Origin: Dipteris shenzhenensis
Taxonomy: Eukaryota
Assembly: GCA_047967505.1 (NCBI GenBank)
Contig: CM106538.1
Direction: 5' to 3' (one strand)
DNA: 64,000 nt
This document shows positions 24,758 to 37,200 of the stretch, in pieces. The notes beneath the pieces were generated by a model. That model was not told the DNA's origin. It worked only from the letters and a program-made list of their open reading frames with translations, and did not search any database. The first letter of the stretch is position 1; the number at the start of each line of letters is the position of its first letter. The position numbers and the translations under genes are program-made.

Positions 24758-26467
24758 ATTGTTTAAGGAGACGACGGGTGGAATGATACACTGTGGTTGA
24801 TTCAAGGTGAAGAACTGGTGATACACTGGGAGGACTTCGATTTCACTTCTACTCATTGTGCAGTGATCGAGCTACTTGCTGCATCGGAGGTAATTAAAAG
24901 GGCGACATTCTTCAAAGGATGGGATGTTCCCCAAGCTTGGGGGGAGATTTGGCGCATCTGCTTATTAATTCCAGTGGATAAGCTTGTCGTAAATGATTTC
25001 TTCTCAATCTCGCTACAAAGGTTTCTAGGGCTTGGCTATGGTTGGTAATGTTTCGACCAAGGAATCCCTTTGCACCTAATCAACCCTTTGTGTCTCATTT
25101 TGAGCTTCAAGTTGTAATTCTTTTTTGTCTAAAGATAAACTATCAACAAAGGATTGCAATTTTATTTGGTACTGAACATCTTGCTCAAGTGTTGAATTCT
25201 CCCCACCCTCTCCTTCTACCTATCTTGGATTATCGAGAAACTTGGGATGTTTGGATTTTAGTCTTGGTGTGATGACATCTTGGCTACTTCAATTTGACGG
25301 AGCATACAAACCTCTGACCAAGGCTACTGGTGTGGGTGTGAAGCTCATTTCACCGGGGGGTGAGGTGTATTGTTATGGCGAGTCTACACCTGCAAGTACT
25401 TGCAACTAAGCTGAGTACTTGGCACTCATTTTTGGGCTACAAAAGGCACAAGAACATCGCATCAAGCAACTTGAGGTGCAAGGAGATTCTCAATTCGTGT
25501 GTGAACAAGTTAGTGGAAGATGGAAGGTGCGGAGCGAAGGCTTGGTTCCATGACATCAACAAGCATTGGAACTATGCCAACAATTTGAAGAGGTAAAAAT
25601 TCAGCATATCCCTTGAGCTCAAAATATAGTTGCTGATTTCTTGGCATGTGAAGCTTGTACTTCAATCACACATGACGCGAGTGGAAGCACCACCCCAACA
25701 AAGCTGCAAGCCACGAAGGAGGGTGATCCTTTGTAAGGAATGCAAAGGTTATGGTCATCACGAAACTAAGTGTTGGGCATATTTGATACGAGTTTACCGA
25801 CTGCGAAAGATCATCAGAAAGGTCCTCACGGACATTGCTCAAAAGAAGGATGCCAGACCGTACACCCCTTGAAGAAATAGCATGGCAAGAGTTACTCATG
25901 GATCGCATGGGTATAGATCATCACACTTCTAGCATCTATTATCCAGCATCCATGGGTCAAACTGAGTAGACCGATGGCCTCTTTTGTAAAACCATGGGAA
26001 AAATGGCTACAGGGAATAGAAGCCAGTGGGATCAGAAGGTCACAGAAGCCGTATGGGCTTACAACATCACTCATAAAATGCCTACAGGTCACACTCCTTT
26101 TGAGTTGGTGTACGGTACTAAGGCCGTTTTACCACTAGAGATAGAGATTCCAGCTTTGAGATTGGCACAAGAACAAAAGATGATAGAAGATGAACATGTA
26201 AAGGCTCGATTGGTGCAACTTGAGAAGCTAGATGAAACCCAACGCCTTGCCCTACATCAAATAGAGATTCAAAAGAATCGACAAAAGGCCCGCTTGGATG
26301 CTAAGATTCGCAAGGGATGGGAAAGACACTTTGCTGAGGGGGATGTTATGCTATGCTTTAATAACAAATTGGACCACCAAATGGATAAGAAGTTCCTTCC
26401 ATTGTGGACCAGTCCATACAAAGTCATCAAGGAACATAGCAATGGGTCTGTACAAGTTCGAGAGCCT
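24757..26467 (+). mobile_element. Internally deleted relative of element A: accessory aRH/CCHC ORF joined directly to the integrase C-terminal half
   Basis: 24760-25885 matches reverse complement of ~8545-9355 (plus an extra ~300 bp); 25890-26465 matches reverse complement of ~3685-4240; gag, PR, RT and RH absent. Confidence 0.88.
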
Positions 26468-27537
26468 CATGTCCACGTGTTCCAATAATATAAGAGAGGC
26501 CACATGCCAAGAGTGTGGAAGGCATGTGGAGGAGTGTGGAGTCAAGAGGAATCCTTCTAGAATTCCTATGTGGAATAAGGAGGATGCGGACATATGGAAA
26601 AGAGAGGGTCCCTATGGGCTCCATGTGGGAAGACTCTTGACTTTCTCAATATTTTAAGAGTTTTGAGCATCTTTTGATGGGACACATGGCAAGAGTAGCC
26701 AAAAAGGACATGGATGGTGACATACGGGCTTATGCGATTGATGGGGAAAGGAATTTACGGGCAGCAATTTTAAATGGGTGAACGAGGGTGACAGAATCTC
26801 TATAAAAGGAGCCCTCCTCTCCCTTGTTCATCAATCTCTTCCACCATTAGGCCTCATGTTGTTGTAGCTCTAGTCTCCTCAAGCCTCTTCCATGAGCCTT
26901 CTCTCCCTCTTGTAGATATTCTCTTATGTAGACTCTTGAGTCCATCTCTCTCTAGTTTATTCTCTCTCTCTATGAGTAGTCTTGGAGCTTCCGCTCCCTC
27001 TTGTATGTATGAAACCTCTTCTTCTCCCTTGTGTTTATAGTATTTTGAGTGTATTTGAGTGGAGTCTTACTCTCATGGCAATGAAAGTCACTTATTATTT
27101 TTCTTAAGTCTCCATTCCTATGTTCTTTTCTCTCTCTATTCAAGTCTCTAAAGTAGTTCTTGTTCGGCCACTCACTGTGCACACATGGTCCATCCATTTC
27201 CTGAGCCACTATGCAAGCTTCTTCCTCTCTTTTAGGCGAATTCTAGGGGTATTGGATCGTTGATAATTGGGGAGCCTTGAGGGAGTAGTTTACTCAGGCG
27301 AAATTAGCATGGGTGGAGGGCAGTTTTTATGATAGTTTGACTCCCTGTTAGTATTTTGCTCATGACTTTCTGCTCATTAGTCCGATTTTGATGAAATTTA
27401 TATCAACGTGAAGCTCTCTTCGAGTCACATGTTTCTATATGATTAGATCTTGAATCAAATACTACTGTAAAAACTTATGAGTCTCTGTGTTTGATAGTCT
27501 ATTTTCATGACAGTTTTTACCCCCTTCCAGTAAACTC
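26468..27537 (+). repeat. Internal fragment of LTR family B
   Basis: Near-identical to about 28097-29165; lacks both termini. Confidence 0.88.
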
Positions 27538-27544
27538 CACAAGA

Positions 27545-27720
27545 GAGACTGGTCGAACCTATGAATAGCTTGTTGCAAAGAGACATGGAAAATAATCTAA
27601 CATATCCAGGTACTGGAGCTTCTCACTACCTAATAGAGAATCACCAAAAAGCTCTTCATTGCATTGGCGTCGTTTAGTGTGCTCCACATCCTCCACATGA
27701 ACTATCTCTACATGATCTTC
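27545..27720 (-). pseudogene. Short Gypsy pol fragment (PR-RT linker)
   Basis: EKLQYLDMLDYFPCLFATSYS resembles EKDEFLKMFKDIPDLFATSYR of element A. Confidence 0.5.
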
Positions 27721-27846
27721 TTGTACCACCACCATGTTTCCTCTTGACTCATCCCGATCAGCACCAAGACAAAGACCAAAGGCCACTCCTAATGATGTTA
27801 TAGCACACCTTCTTATCATTTTCCTGCAAAATCAATTCTCCAGTAA

Positions 27847-29897
27847 TGTGACGCCAAAATTTGATATTTTTATTTGACATTGGTATTGTTTTCTTCTATG
27901 TTTGATAAGAGTTTGAGTAGCAAGTGATAGCCTAGTAGCTCTCACTTATTTCTATTTTCTAAGATATTGTATAAGATTGAGAGGATGAGTGGAATGGATC
28001 ATTGTAAATACCTTGGTATGGGGTGAAAGTTATTTGTGTATGGGATATTATGGGGTTTTTAGAAAATAGGAAGAGAGTCATATAAAGAGGTGGGCTCATG
28101 TCCACGTGTTCCAATAATATAAGAGAGGCCACATGCCAAGCGTGTGGAAGGCATGTAGAGGAGTATGGAGTCAAGAGGAATCCTTCTAGAACTCCTATGT
28201 GGAATAAGGAGGATGTGGATATATGGAAAAGAGAGGGTCCCTATGGGCTCCATGTGGGAAGACTCTTGACTTTCTCAATATTTTAAGAGTTTTGAGCATC
28301 TTTTGATGGGACAAATGGCAAGAGTAGCCAAAAAGGACATGGATGGTGACATACGGGCTTATGCGCTTGATGGGGAAAGGAATCTACAGGCAGCAATTGT
28401 AAATGGGTGAACGAGGGTGACAAAATCTCTATAAAAGGAGCCCTCCTCTCCCTTGTTCATCAATCTCTTCCACCATTGGGCCTCATGTTGCTGTAGCTCT
28501 AGTCTCCTCAAGCCTCTTCCATGAGCCTTCTCTCCCTCTTGTAGATATTCTCTTATGTAGACTCTTGAGTCCATCTCTCTCTAGTTTATTCTCTCTCTGT
28601 GAGTAGTCTTAGAGCTTCCGCTCCCTCTTGTATGTATGAAACCTCTTCTTCTCCCTTGTGGTTATAGTATTTTGAGTGTATTTGAGTGGAGCCTTACTCT
28701 CATGGCAATGAAAGTCACTTCTTATCATTTTCCTTAAGTCTCCATTCCTATGTTCTTTTCTCTCTCTATTCAAGTCTCTAAAGTAGTTCTTGTTTGGCCG
28801 CTCACTGTACACACATGGTCCATCCATTTTCCGAACCACCATGCAAGCTTCTTCCTCTCTTTTAGATGAATTCTCGGGGTATTGGATCGTTGATAATTGT
28901 GAAGCCTTGAGGGAGTAGTTTGCTCAGGCAAAATTAGCATGGGTGGAGGGCAGTTTTTATGATAGTTTGACCCCCTCTTAGTATTTTTCTCATAACTTTC
29001 GACTCGTTAGTCCAATTTTCATGAAACTTATATCAATGCAAAGCTCTCTTCAAGTCGCATGTTCTGCTATAATTAGATCTTCAATCAGATACTACTGTAA
29101 AAAGTTATGAGTCTTTGTGATTGACAATCTATTTTCATGATAGTTTTTATACCCTTTCAGTAAACTGTCCATATCTCTTCAACTGGTTATCTGATTTCAA
29201 TGAAACTTATATCAGCGCGAAGCTCTCTTCAGGGCTCATGTTTCTATCTGATTAGATCTTGAATGAGATACTATTGTAAAAAGTTATAAGTCTTGTCATG
29301 ATAGTTTCTACCTCCTTTTAGTAAACTGTCCATATCTCTTCAATCGGTTATCTATTTTCAACGAAATTTATATCAGTACGAAGCTCTTCAAGGCACATTC
29401 TTGTAATGTACTTTAATTTTTTATATCACTTTTTTCGTGGAAGCTATAGACCTCTATGTTTTCTAGCAAATTGTAGAATGATTTTGAGCCATTTCTAGAG
29501 GCTTCTATGAAGGAGGTGCCATGTTTCCCCGGAATTTACCCATCCAGCCAAATCAGCCGCTTCAAGCCCCTAGATATATATCAGTTCATGTCATGTGGAG
29601 CCGAAAGATCTTCTTCCAACAACGCATCGCTCTTCTCTTTGACGTCGATCGGCTTGGTGAGATAATGGCCTTTGCGGATCCTTTTCTTCTCCTGATGCTG
29701 GACTACAACGTCACTTGGGATGTTACCATATTCATTCTTCTCTAAAGGAAGCAAAGAGAAAGACATGTGGTTTTCTTTGCATGAAAATATTTTCTTCATC
29801 TCTTTTTGCAAGTGATAAGGGTCCCTATTATTAAGATTAGAAAGAGCAGGAAGCTAAGAGGTGCGTGAAGTTTCATTACGCCCAACTTCATGTCACA
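27847..29897 (+). mobile_element. Complete ~2.05-kb LTR of family B
   Basis: TGTGAC...GTCACA inverted termini; TATA-like CTATAAAAGG near 28429; internal ~170-bp subrepeats at 28990-29390; three further partial copies nearby. Confidence 0.85.
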
Positions 29898-29900
29898 TTA

Positions 29901-31212
29901 TGTGATGCCAAAATTTGATATTTTTTATTTGGCATTGGTATTGTTTTCTTCTATGTTTGATAAGAGTTTGAGTAGCAAGTGATAGCCTAACGGCTCTCAC
30001 TTATTTCTATTTTCTAAGATATTGTATGGGATTGAGAGGATGAGTGGAATGGATCATTGTAAATGCCATAGGTATGAATTATAAACCTTGGTATGGGGTG
30101 AGAGTTATTTGTCTATGGGATATTATGGGGTTTTTAGAAAATAGGAAGAGTGAGTCATATAAAGAGGTGGGCTCATGTCCACGTGTTCCAATAATATAAG
30201 AGAGGCCACATGCCAAGCGTGTGGAAGGCATGTGGAGGAGTATGGAGTCAAGAAGAATCCTTCTAGAATTCCTATGTGGAATAAGGAGGATGTGGACATA
30301 TGGAAAAGAGAGGGTCCCTATGGGCTCCATGTGGGAAGACTCGACTTTCTCAATATTTTAAGAGTTTTGAGCATCTTTTGATGAGACACATGGCAAGAGT
30401 AGCCAAAAAGAACATGGATGGTGACATACGGGCTTATGCGATTGATGGGGAAAAAAATCTACAAGCAGCAATTGTAAATGGGTGAACGAGGGTGACAAAA
30501 TCTCTATAAAAGGAGCCCTCCTCTCCCTTGTTCATCAATCTCTTCCACCATTAGGCCTCATGTTGCTGTAGCTCTAGTCTCCTCAAGCCTCTTCCATGTG
30601 CCTTCCCTCCCTCTTGTAGATATTCTCTTATGTAGACTCTTGAGTCCATCTCTCTCTAGTTTATTCTCTCTCTCTCTATGAGTAGTCTTGGAGCTTCCAC
30701 TCCCTCTTGTATATATGAAACCTCTTCTTCTCTCTTGTGTTTGTAGTATTTTGAGTGTATTTGAGTGGAGCCTTACTCTCATGGCAATGAAAGTCACTTC
30801 TAATCATTTTCCTTAAGTCTCCATTCCTATGTTCTTTTCTCTCTCTATTCAAGTCTCTAAAGTAGTTCTTGTTCGGCTACTCACTGTACACACATGGTCC
30901 ATCCATTTCCTGAGCCACCATGCAAGCTTTTTCCTCTCTTTTAGGCGAATTCTAGGGGTATTGGATCGTTGATAATTGTGGAGCCTTGAGGGAGTAGTTT
31001 GCTCGGGCGAAATTAGCATGGGTGGACAGTTTTTATGATAGTTTGAACCCCTATTAGTGTTTTGCTCATAACTTTTCGCTCGTTATTCCGATTTTGATGA
31101 AACTTATATCAACGTGAAGCTCTCTTCAATCACATGTTCCTATACGATTATTAGATACTATTGTAAAAAGTTTTGAGTCTCTGTGTTTGACAGTCTGTCC
31201 TCATGACAGTTT
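29901..31212 (+). mobile_element. Second LTR-B copy, head-to-tail with the first, truncated by a LINE
   Basis: Starts TGTGATGCCAAAATTTG 3 nt after the previous LTR; homology stops at the LINE poly(T) near 31215. Confidence 0.85.
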
Positions 31213-31214
31213 AT

Positions 31215-34200
31215 TTTTTTTTTTTCCCAAGAAAGAGACTTCTATTAAGTAAGAGAAAAAACCCGCGAGAGCAAGCACAAAGCGGAATACATCATGAAAT
31301 CATGAGGATAAATAAAAAACTCCCTCAGAGTGAGGTGGAAAACGACCAAGGCTGAGGCTGAAAGTGCCACCTCAACCCTGTAGTAGTCTCAGAGAAGAAA
31401 GGAGAATCCTTCCATTCCCTGAAGAAAGAAGCCCTCCTAGCTGAGGCTGCACGGGATTCTCCCTGCATACCCGTCCATACGGCCATCAAAGTATATACGG
31501 TGTCTATCCAAATACTAGCCAATGTGTGCAAGGGATGAACTTGAGTACCCTCCAAAGCCTCTGTGCATCTGGCTCTCCAAATATGCCAAGATGCTATGCT
31601 CGCTAGAATCTCCCAAGAAGTATCCACAGAGGCATGTACAGCTGTAAAAGGAAGGTGCGGTACCACATCCAACGAACAAGACTCAGTTCGATGACGTCGA
31701 ACCAAAATGGCCCGAGAGGAGTCAAATCTCTCATAGAATACCTGAGGCCCTATAAGAGAAAGCCAAGCCACTGAGCCCCATATCATAAAAAATGGGAAGT
31801 GGGCAAAGTGACTGAAAATCCTGGCTACCCCCATCCAAATCATCCTCGCCTATCTGCAATCCCATAAGCAATGCTGAATAGTCTCTGAAGCAGAGAGGCA
31901 TCGAGGGCAAGTAGGGTCGGCTACGCGAACCTAGACCTCCAAAGGTTCACTGCAATCCCACCATGGATAGAAAGCCAAAAGAAGATAGTGATCTTTCTAT
32001 TCATATGGGATTTCGAGAGTCTCCTCCAAAAGCACCTCTGCAGATCTGCAGTGATATCAAATGTCTCCCAATGAGGAACTCTGGAAGGTCTCCAACCTCT
32101 ACTACTGAGCTGATATCTCGTGGCATTACTGACCGTGTAACGAAAGAAGGGGATGCTCTTCTCTCGATGCCTTGCGTCAATCCACTCCCACTCTCCGAGG
32201 TCCCACTGCAAATACCTGATGGGAACTCCCCCATAGAGCCAGAGCCTCCAAGACCCAGTGGAGAGTAGCCCGGGGTCTGGGTCTAGGAACCACTCTGAAA
32301 TCCTAGACACTAAAAACTAAACACCCTCCTGTGCATCTCTAAAGGCCAATGCAGAACACCGCCTCTCGTAAAAGTACCTGCCCAAGTGGAGGAAGTGAGT
32401 GGCATATCATCTGTGTCTTCCCAAACCTCTGAAAGGGTTGCCTCAATCTGCAAGATCCTCCCTGCACTCCCTCTGAGATGTCCTGTCAACCTTGATTTGG
32501 TCTCCTCTGAAAGCTTGCGGAAAGCTTTCCAAGACCCCATAGATGATGCAGGTCCCCTCTCCCACCTGGACCACTGCATGTAGAGTGAGACACCCAGTGG
32601 TCTACCATGATCATCTAAAATACTGTCATTCCACATGATGGGTTGCCTATCAATCTCTTTCCGAGAGGAAGGAGGAATCCTCCGAAGAGTGCTTCTGAAA
32701 CTGGCCCAAGCTTTCAGAATGGCAACCATGAGAGGGGAAGAAGGTGATTTGAGGTGTGCTGTGGTGAAGATCTACCTAACACTGCTCATCCAGTCTCCTC
32801 CTGAAGAAGGTGTGCACCTCTGTATGCTGCTAATATGTCCTTCCACGGTTCCTGCCTTGGCATACGTCCCCGCACCACCATCTTGCAAAGTAAAGCTCTG
32901 CACTGTAAATCTAGATCAATAATATTGAGACCCCTTTCCTGTGTAGGGAGGATGAGGGTCTCCCAAGCCACCCTGGCTAAGGCATCTGTTGTGCCATCAA
33001 GCCCACTCCAGAGAAAATTTCTGATCGGTCTTCTTAGCTGAATGATGTAGTCCCTAGAATGGCACCAGCATGAACAAACAAACCAGGCCATGGCCAAGAG
33101 GACCTGGTTGACCACCACAACTCTAGAGGCAAGATCCAGCTTGGCTGGGCTCCAAAAAAGAAGCTTCTTCCTGATGCTCTCCAAAACGGGAGCAAACTGT
33201 TGCGTGGTAGAAATATCCTGGCAGCCCAAATACCTGATAGGCTCACCCCTCTGAACCCAAGTGAATCCTATGTCAAGCCCCCAAACTAGAGTGTCCTCAT
33301 CACTGATCCAAAAGCCATTGGATTTATGCCAATTTATCTGCGCCCTTGCCGCCAAGCAAAATAAATCCAATGCTGTCTTGAAAGAAGTGAGTGTCTGTGG
33401 AGTGGCATCCAAGTAAACTGCTGTGTCATCTGCCAACTCACTGTCAAGTAGCTCCTCTTCCCTTCTGATGGGAAGTCTCAGCCCAAAGATGTCAGCTTGA
33501 GATCTAACATAGATACTCATAGCTTTGGCCACGAACAAAAAACGGAAAGGAGCAAGGGGGCATCCCTGACGGACTGATCTCGAAATCTGAAATCTCTCAC
33601 CCCTTACCCCACCAATAAGTACCTGGCTGTGGGCTGATCTGTACAAAGAGGAAACACCTTTGATCCAAGCACTAGTAAAGCCAAAGCGTAGAAGGGTGCC
33701 CTCCAAAAAACCCCAATCTACTCTGTCATAAGCTTTCTCAAAATCCAAAAGTAGAATGGCAAGATTCTGGCCACTCTGCATGGCCCACTCTGAAGCTTCC
33801 CAGAAAGAGAAAATGTTATCAAAAGCTTCTGCCATGCACAAATCCCGTCTGGGTCATGAATAAGATCAGGGAGAAGGTCTGCAATCGGAGGCTGATAGCC
33901 TTTGGCCAGAATCTTGTAACAAGTCCCCAGAATTATGATAGGCCTCCACTGGGACACTAAATTTCTGCAACCTCCTTTTGGGATAAGGTGGATGAGACCC
34001 TCTGTAAGCGACCCAGGCATCTCGCCAGAGTCCCAAATGGCCTGCAGGGCTGAAGTAATATAGTCTCCAATCATATCCCAAAATGCAATGAAAAAAGATG
34101 GGGTGAGGCCATCCGAACCTGGGCACTTGCCCTTGTGAAGGGCTGAAAGTGCAGTCCTGTGTGCTGGTGAAAGGTGCATCGAGTAGAACATGCATATCCG

Positions 34201-37200
34201 GATTCACCCACACAGGGATGCTCTGCCAAATAGCCTGTCTAGCATCCTCTCTATCATGCATCTCAGGATCAGCAATAAGAAGGGTGGCATAGAAATCTGA
34301 AGCTATGCGTAAGACATCATCAGGCTCTGTCTGTAAAACCCCATGTGAGTCAATAAGCTGGGATATACACTCTCTCTACTATGTCTAGGGCCAAGAGTAG
34401 AGAAAAAGTGTTTATTGACTCTACAACCCATCTGAATCCAGAAGGACTCCCATGCATGAAAGGCATACTCTGCTCTCTGATCAAGCAATAACTGTTGATG
34501 AGCCCTTGCTTTAGCAAGGCGCTCCTGAATCCAAGCATCTGAAGGCCGTTTTTGCTCTTCCCTCTACAAAGTTGCCAACTGCTAGCGAACATCAATCTCA
34601 CGTCTGAGAATATCTCGTCTCCTGGTACAAGCAACTGAGCGGTAGAAGTCGCTAATACCAGAAAGGGCAGCGGCTACATGTGATGGATATGGCTGCCCAC
34701 CCTGGACATGAGAAACCCATATCTGCAGGGCTGCCTCTGTAAGGTCCTCCTCTGTGTAAAAGGCATCTGGAATCTTGATGCTGGCAGACCGGCCTCTCAA
34801 GTGAGGCTCTGAGATAGCCAGCACAACAGGAAAGTGGTCTGAAGTGGAAACCCCAGCAGCAATGCATACCAATCCACCTTTGTCTAGTGCCCAATCATGT
34901 ACATAGAATCTGTCAATGCGTGCATGAATAGGCATCTGATGCCTCCTGTTCAACCAAGAGAACAGGAGGGACTGTGGCTGAATAAGAAAGGCATCATCCC
35001 ACCAAGTATCTCTGCCACAGAAGTGAAAAAGGAAGGCATCCCAAGCTGCTCTCTCCAAAGAGTGAAGTCCGCCTTCTCTACCTCCTTTTTTGTCTGACGG
35101 TAACTCGACCATGTTAAAGTCACCTCCAATCACCCATGAATCCACAAAGGGGGCCCAAGAGAGCAAATTCTTCCACATAAGGACACGTTCCCCTCTAATG
35201 TTGGAGGCATACAGGTTAAGGAAACAAACCTTACACCCTCCAATCAAAAGAATAATCCACTGAGCTCTAGAGGGAATAATGACTCCATGTCCAACAACTA
35301 AGGGGAGAACCAACTGTGAAACTAAAATAGAAGTGCCCCCTCTGGTGCCCAAGGCAGGCGACCAAAAAGTATGGCCAGAAAGCAACTTGCCTAATCTCTA
35401 GAATCCAATTTGTGCTCTTGAATAAATAAGATATCAATGGAACCCCAATAACACCTGGATGAAGCTCAGCTGTCTACGGTGGTGATGTCGGATGCCACCT
35501 AGGCCCTGTATGTTCCAACTAATAATCCTCATCGACGGGAGGATGTAGAGTGGAATACCTTACCCGACCTAGTGGCGGAAACAAACCCCTCAACAAGGGA
35601 AGACCTCCTGCTCGAGGAGGGAGGAATGGAACCAAGTGGCGGAAAATCAACAGGGGAAAGAACCCTGCCACCTGAAGAAGAAGCCCTGTCAACAGGAAAC
35701 CCAATCACTGGCTCCCCAAAAGTAGCGGGCACAAACTCCTCCTCTGGGAAATCTGAACCATCTGCCAGGGCTGAAAACGAGTTCTTGTGAAGCAAGCCAG
35801 ACACCGGAGTGCGAAGGATCCCTTCTGAGGGAAGAGGATCAATTGTGTAAACCATCCCCTTCCCCCTATCCAAGGGAGAAAGTGAGTACTGCTCTCTATC
35901 CTGTGTCTGCCCAGCCGTGTCTGCCCAGCCGCGGAGACCTCTACTGCCTCAAGAAGAGCGTCTGGCACCGCTGGATCTAGGGAAGAAGCTGTAGTGTCTC
36001 GGACTGTGCGAGGTGAGACTGGAGGGACAGCTCGAGGTGAAGCAGAGTCCACTAATGTACCCTCGTGAACTGAAGGAGGGATCTGCACACGTGCCGGAAC
36101 CCATTGGAGAGCGTCGCATGCCCCTGAGGTAGGTGGGGTTCGAGGAGCAGGTGATGGACCTGTACCACCCCCCTGTCGAGGCCGAGGAGCAAGTGCTGGA
36201 CCTGTACCACCACCATCCTGAGGAGGACCGCCATCCGAAGGTCGAGGAGCAGGTGCTAGACCTGTACCACCCCTCTGTCGAGGCCGCGGAGCAAGTTCGG
36301 ACCTGTACCACCCCCCTATCCCCCCTGTCGAGGCCATGGGGCGGTAGCTGTACCAGAGGGCTTCTTAGGCCTTTTCTTCTTCCTGGGGCAATCCCTGGCA
36401 AAGTGTCCAATGGTCCTGCATATCCTGCACTGGTCCTGTCTGCCTGAAATCTCTACTCTCTAGCGAAAAAAGGAACCATCCGGGCGCTGGATCATAACAT
36501 GATCCATCTTGAGGTTAGGATCCTTACAGAGGACCCTAACTCTAGGTACTCCATCAGCCTTGGTTGCCTCTGCTGCAGTCAATGGCAACCCAGGGAGGGG
36601 TGGGATCTCAGCAATTGTGCCAAAATGCTCCCCAATAATAGAAAGAAGTCGATGGTAAACCTAGGGAAGCTCGGGGAATTCGATGAAGAGCGAAAAGATT
36701 TCCTTATCTACCTCCACTAGGTCGAAACCAATATGAAAGGCTTCAAAGAAGATCCTCCTGTGTCCCAGGTGTAAAAACTCAACTTTGAGCACAGTGCTCG
36801 CAGCCTCTGAAGTGTCAAAAACAACCTAGAAAAAACCTCATCCCAGAAGACGAACATCTAACAATCGTGGAGTGAGGTCTGGGGGGAGAGCCGCAAGCAT
36901 CCAGTCTCTGGCTTGGGACCTGGAGGGGTGAGACCCAAAGATGCATGCTAGCAACGTGGTAGAGCATTCAATCTCTACATCCTTCTTGAGCTGCTGCAAC
37001 TCGTTTTTAGAAAAGGTAATAGTTTTCGCGGCCGGTGGAGGTGGAGTAGGATTGGCTGACGGAGTATCCATCGCCAATCGAGGTGAGGAGGCCGACTTTG
37101 ACAATTTGGAGGCTCCTTCTGCTCCAAAAAATGCAGTGGGACCTCGGAGAGTGGGAGTGGATTGACGCAGGGCATCGAGAGAAGAGCATCCCCTTCTTTC

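Noticed and set aside
28990-29390. CRISPR-like or prokaryotic repeat system
   Set aside because: These are ~170-bp tandem subrepeats inside an LTR with no unique spacers; the window is eukaryotic and no cas-like ORF is seen.
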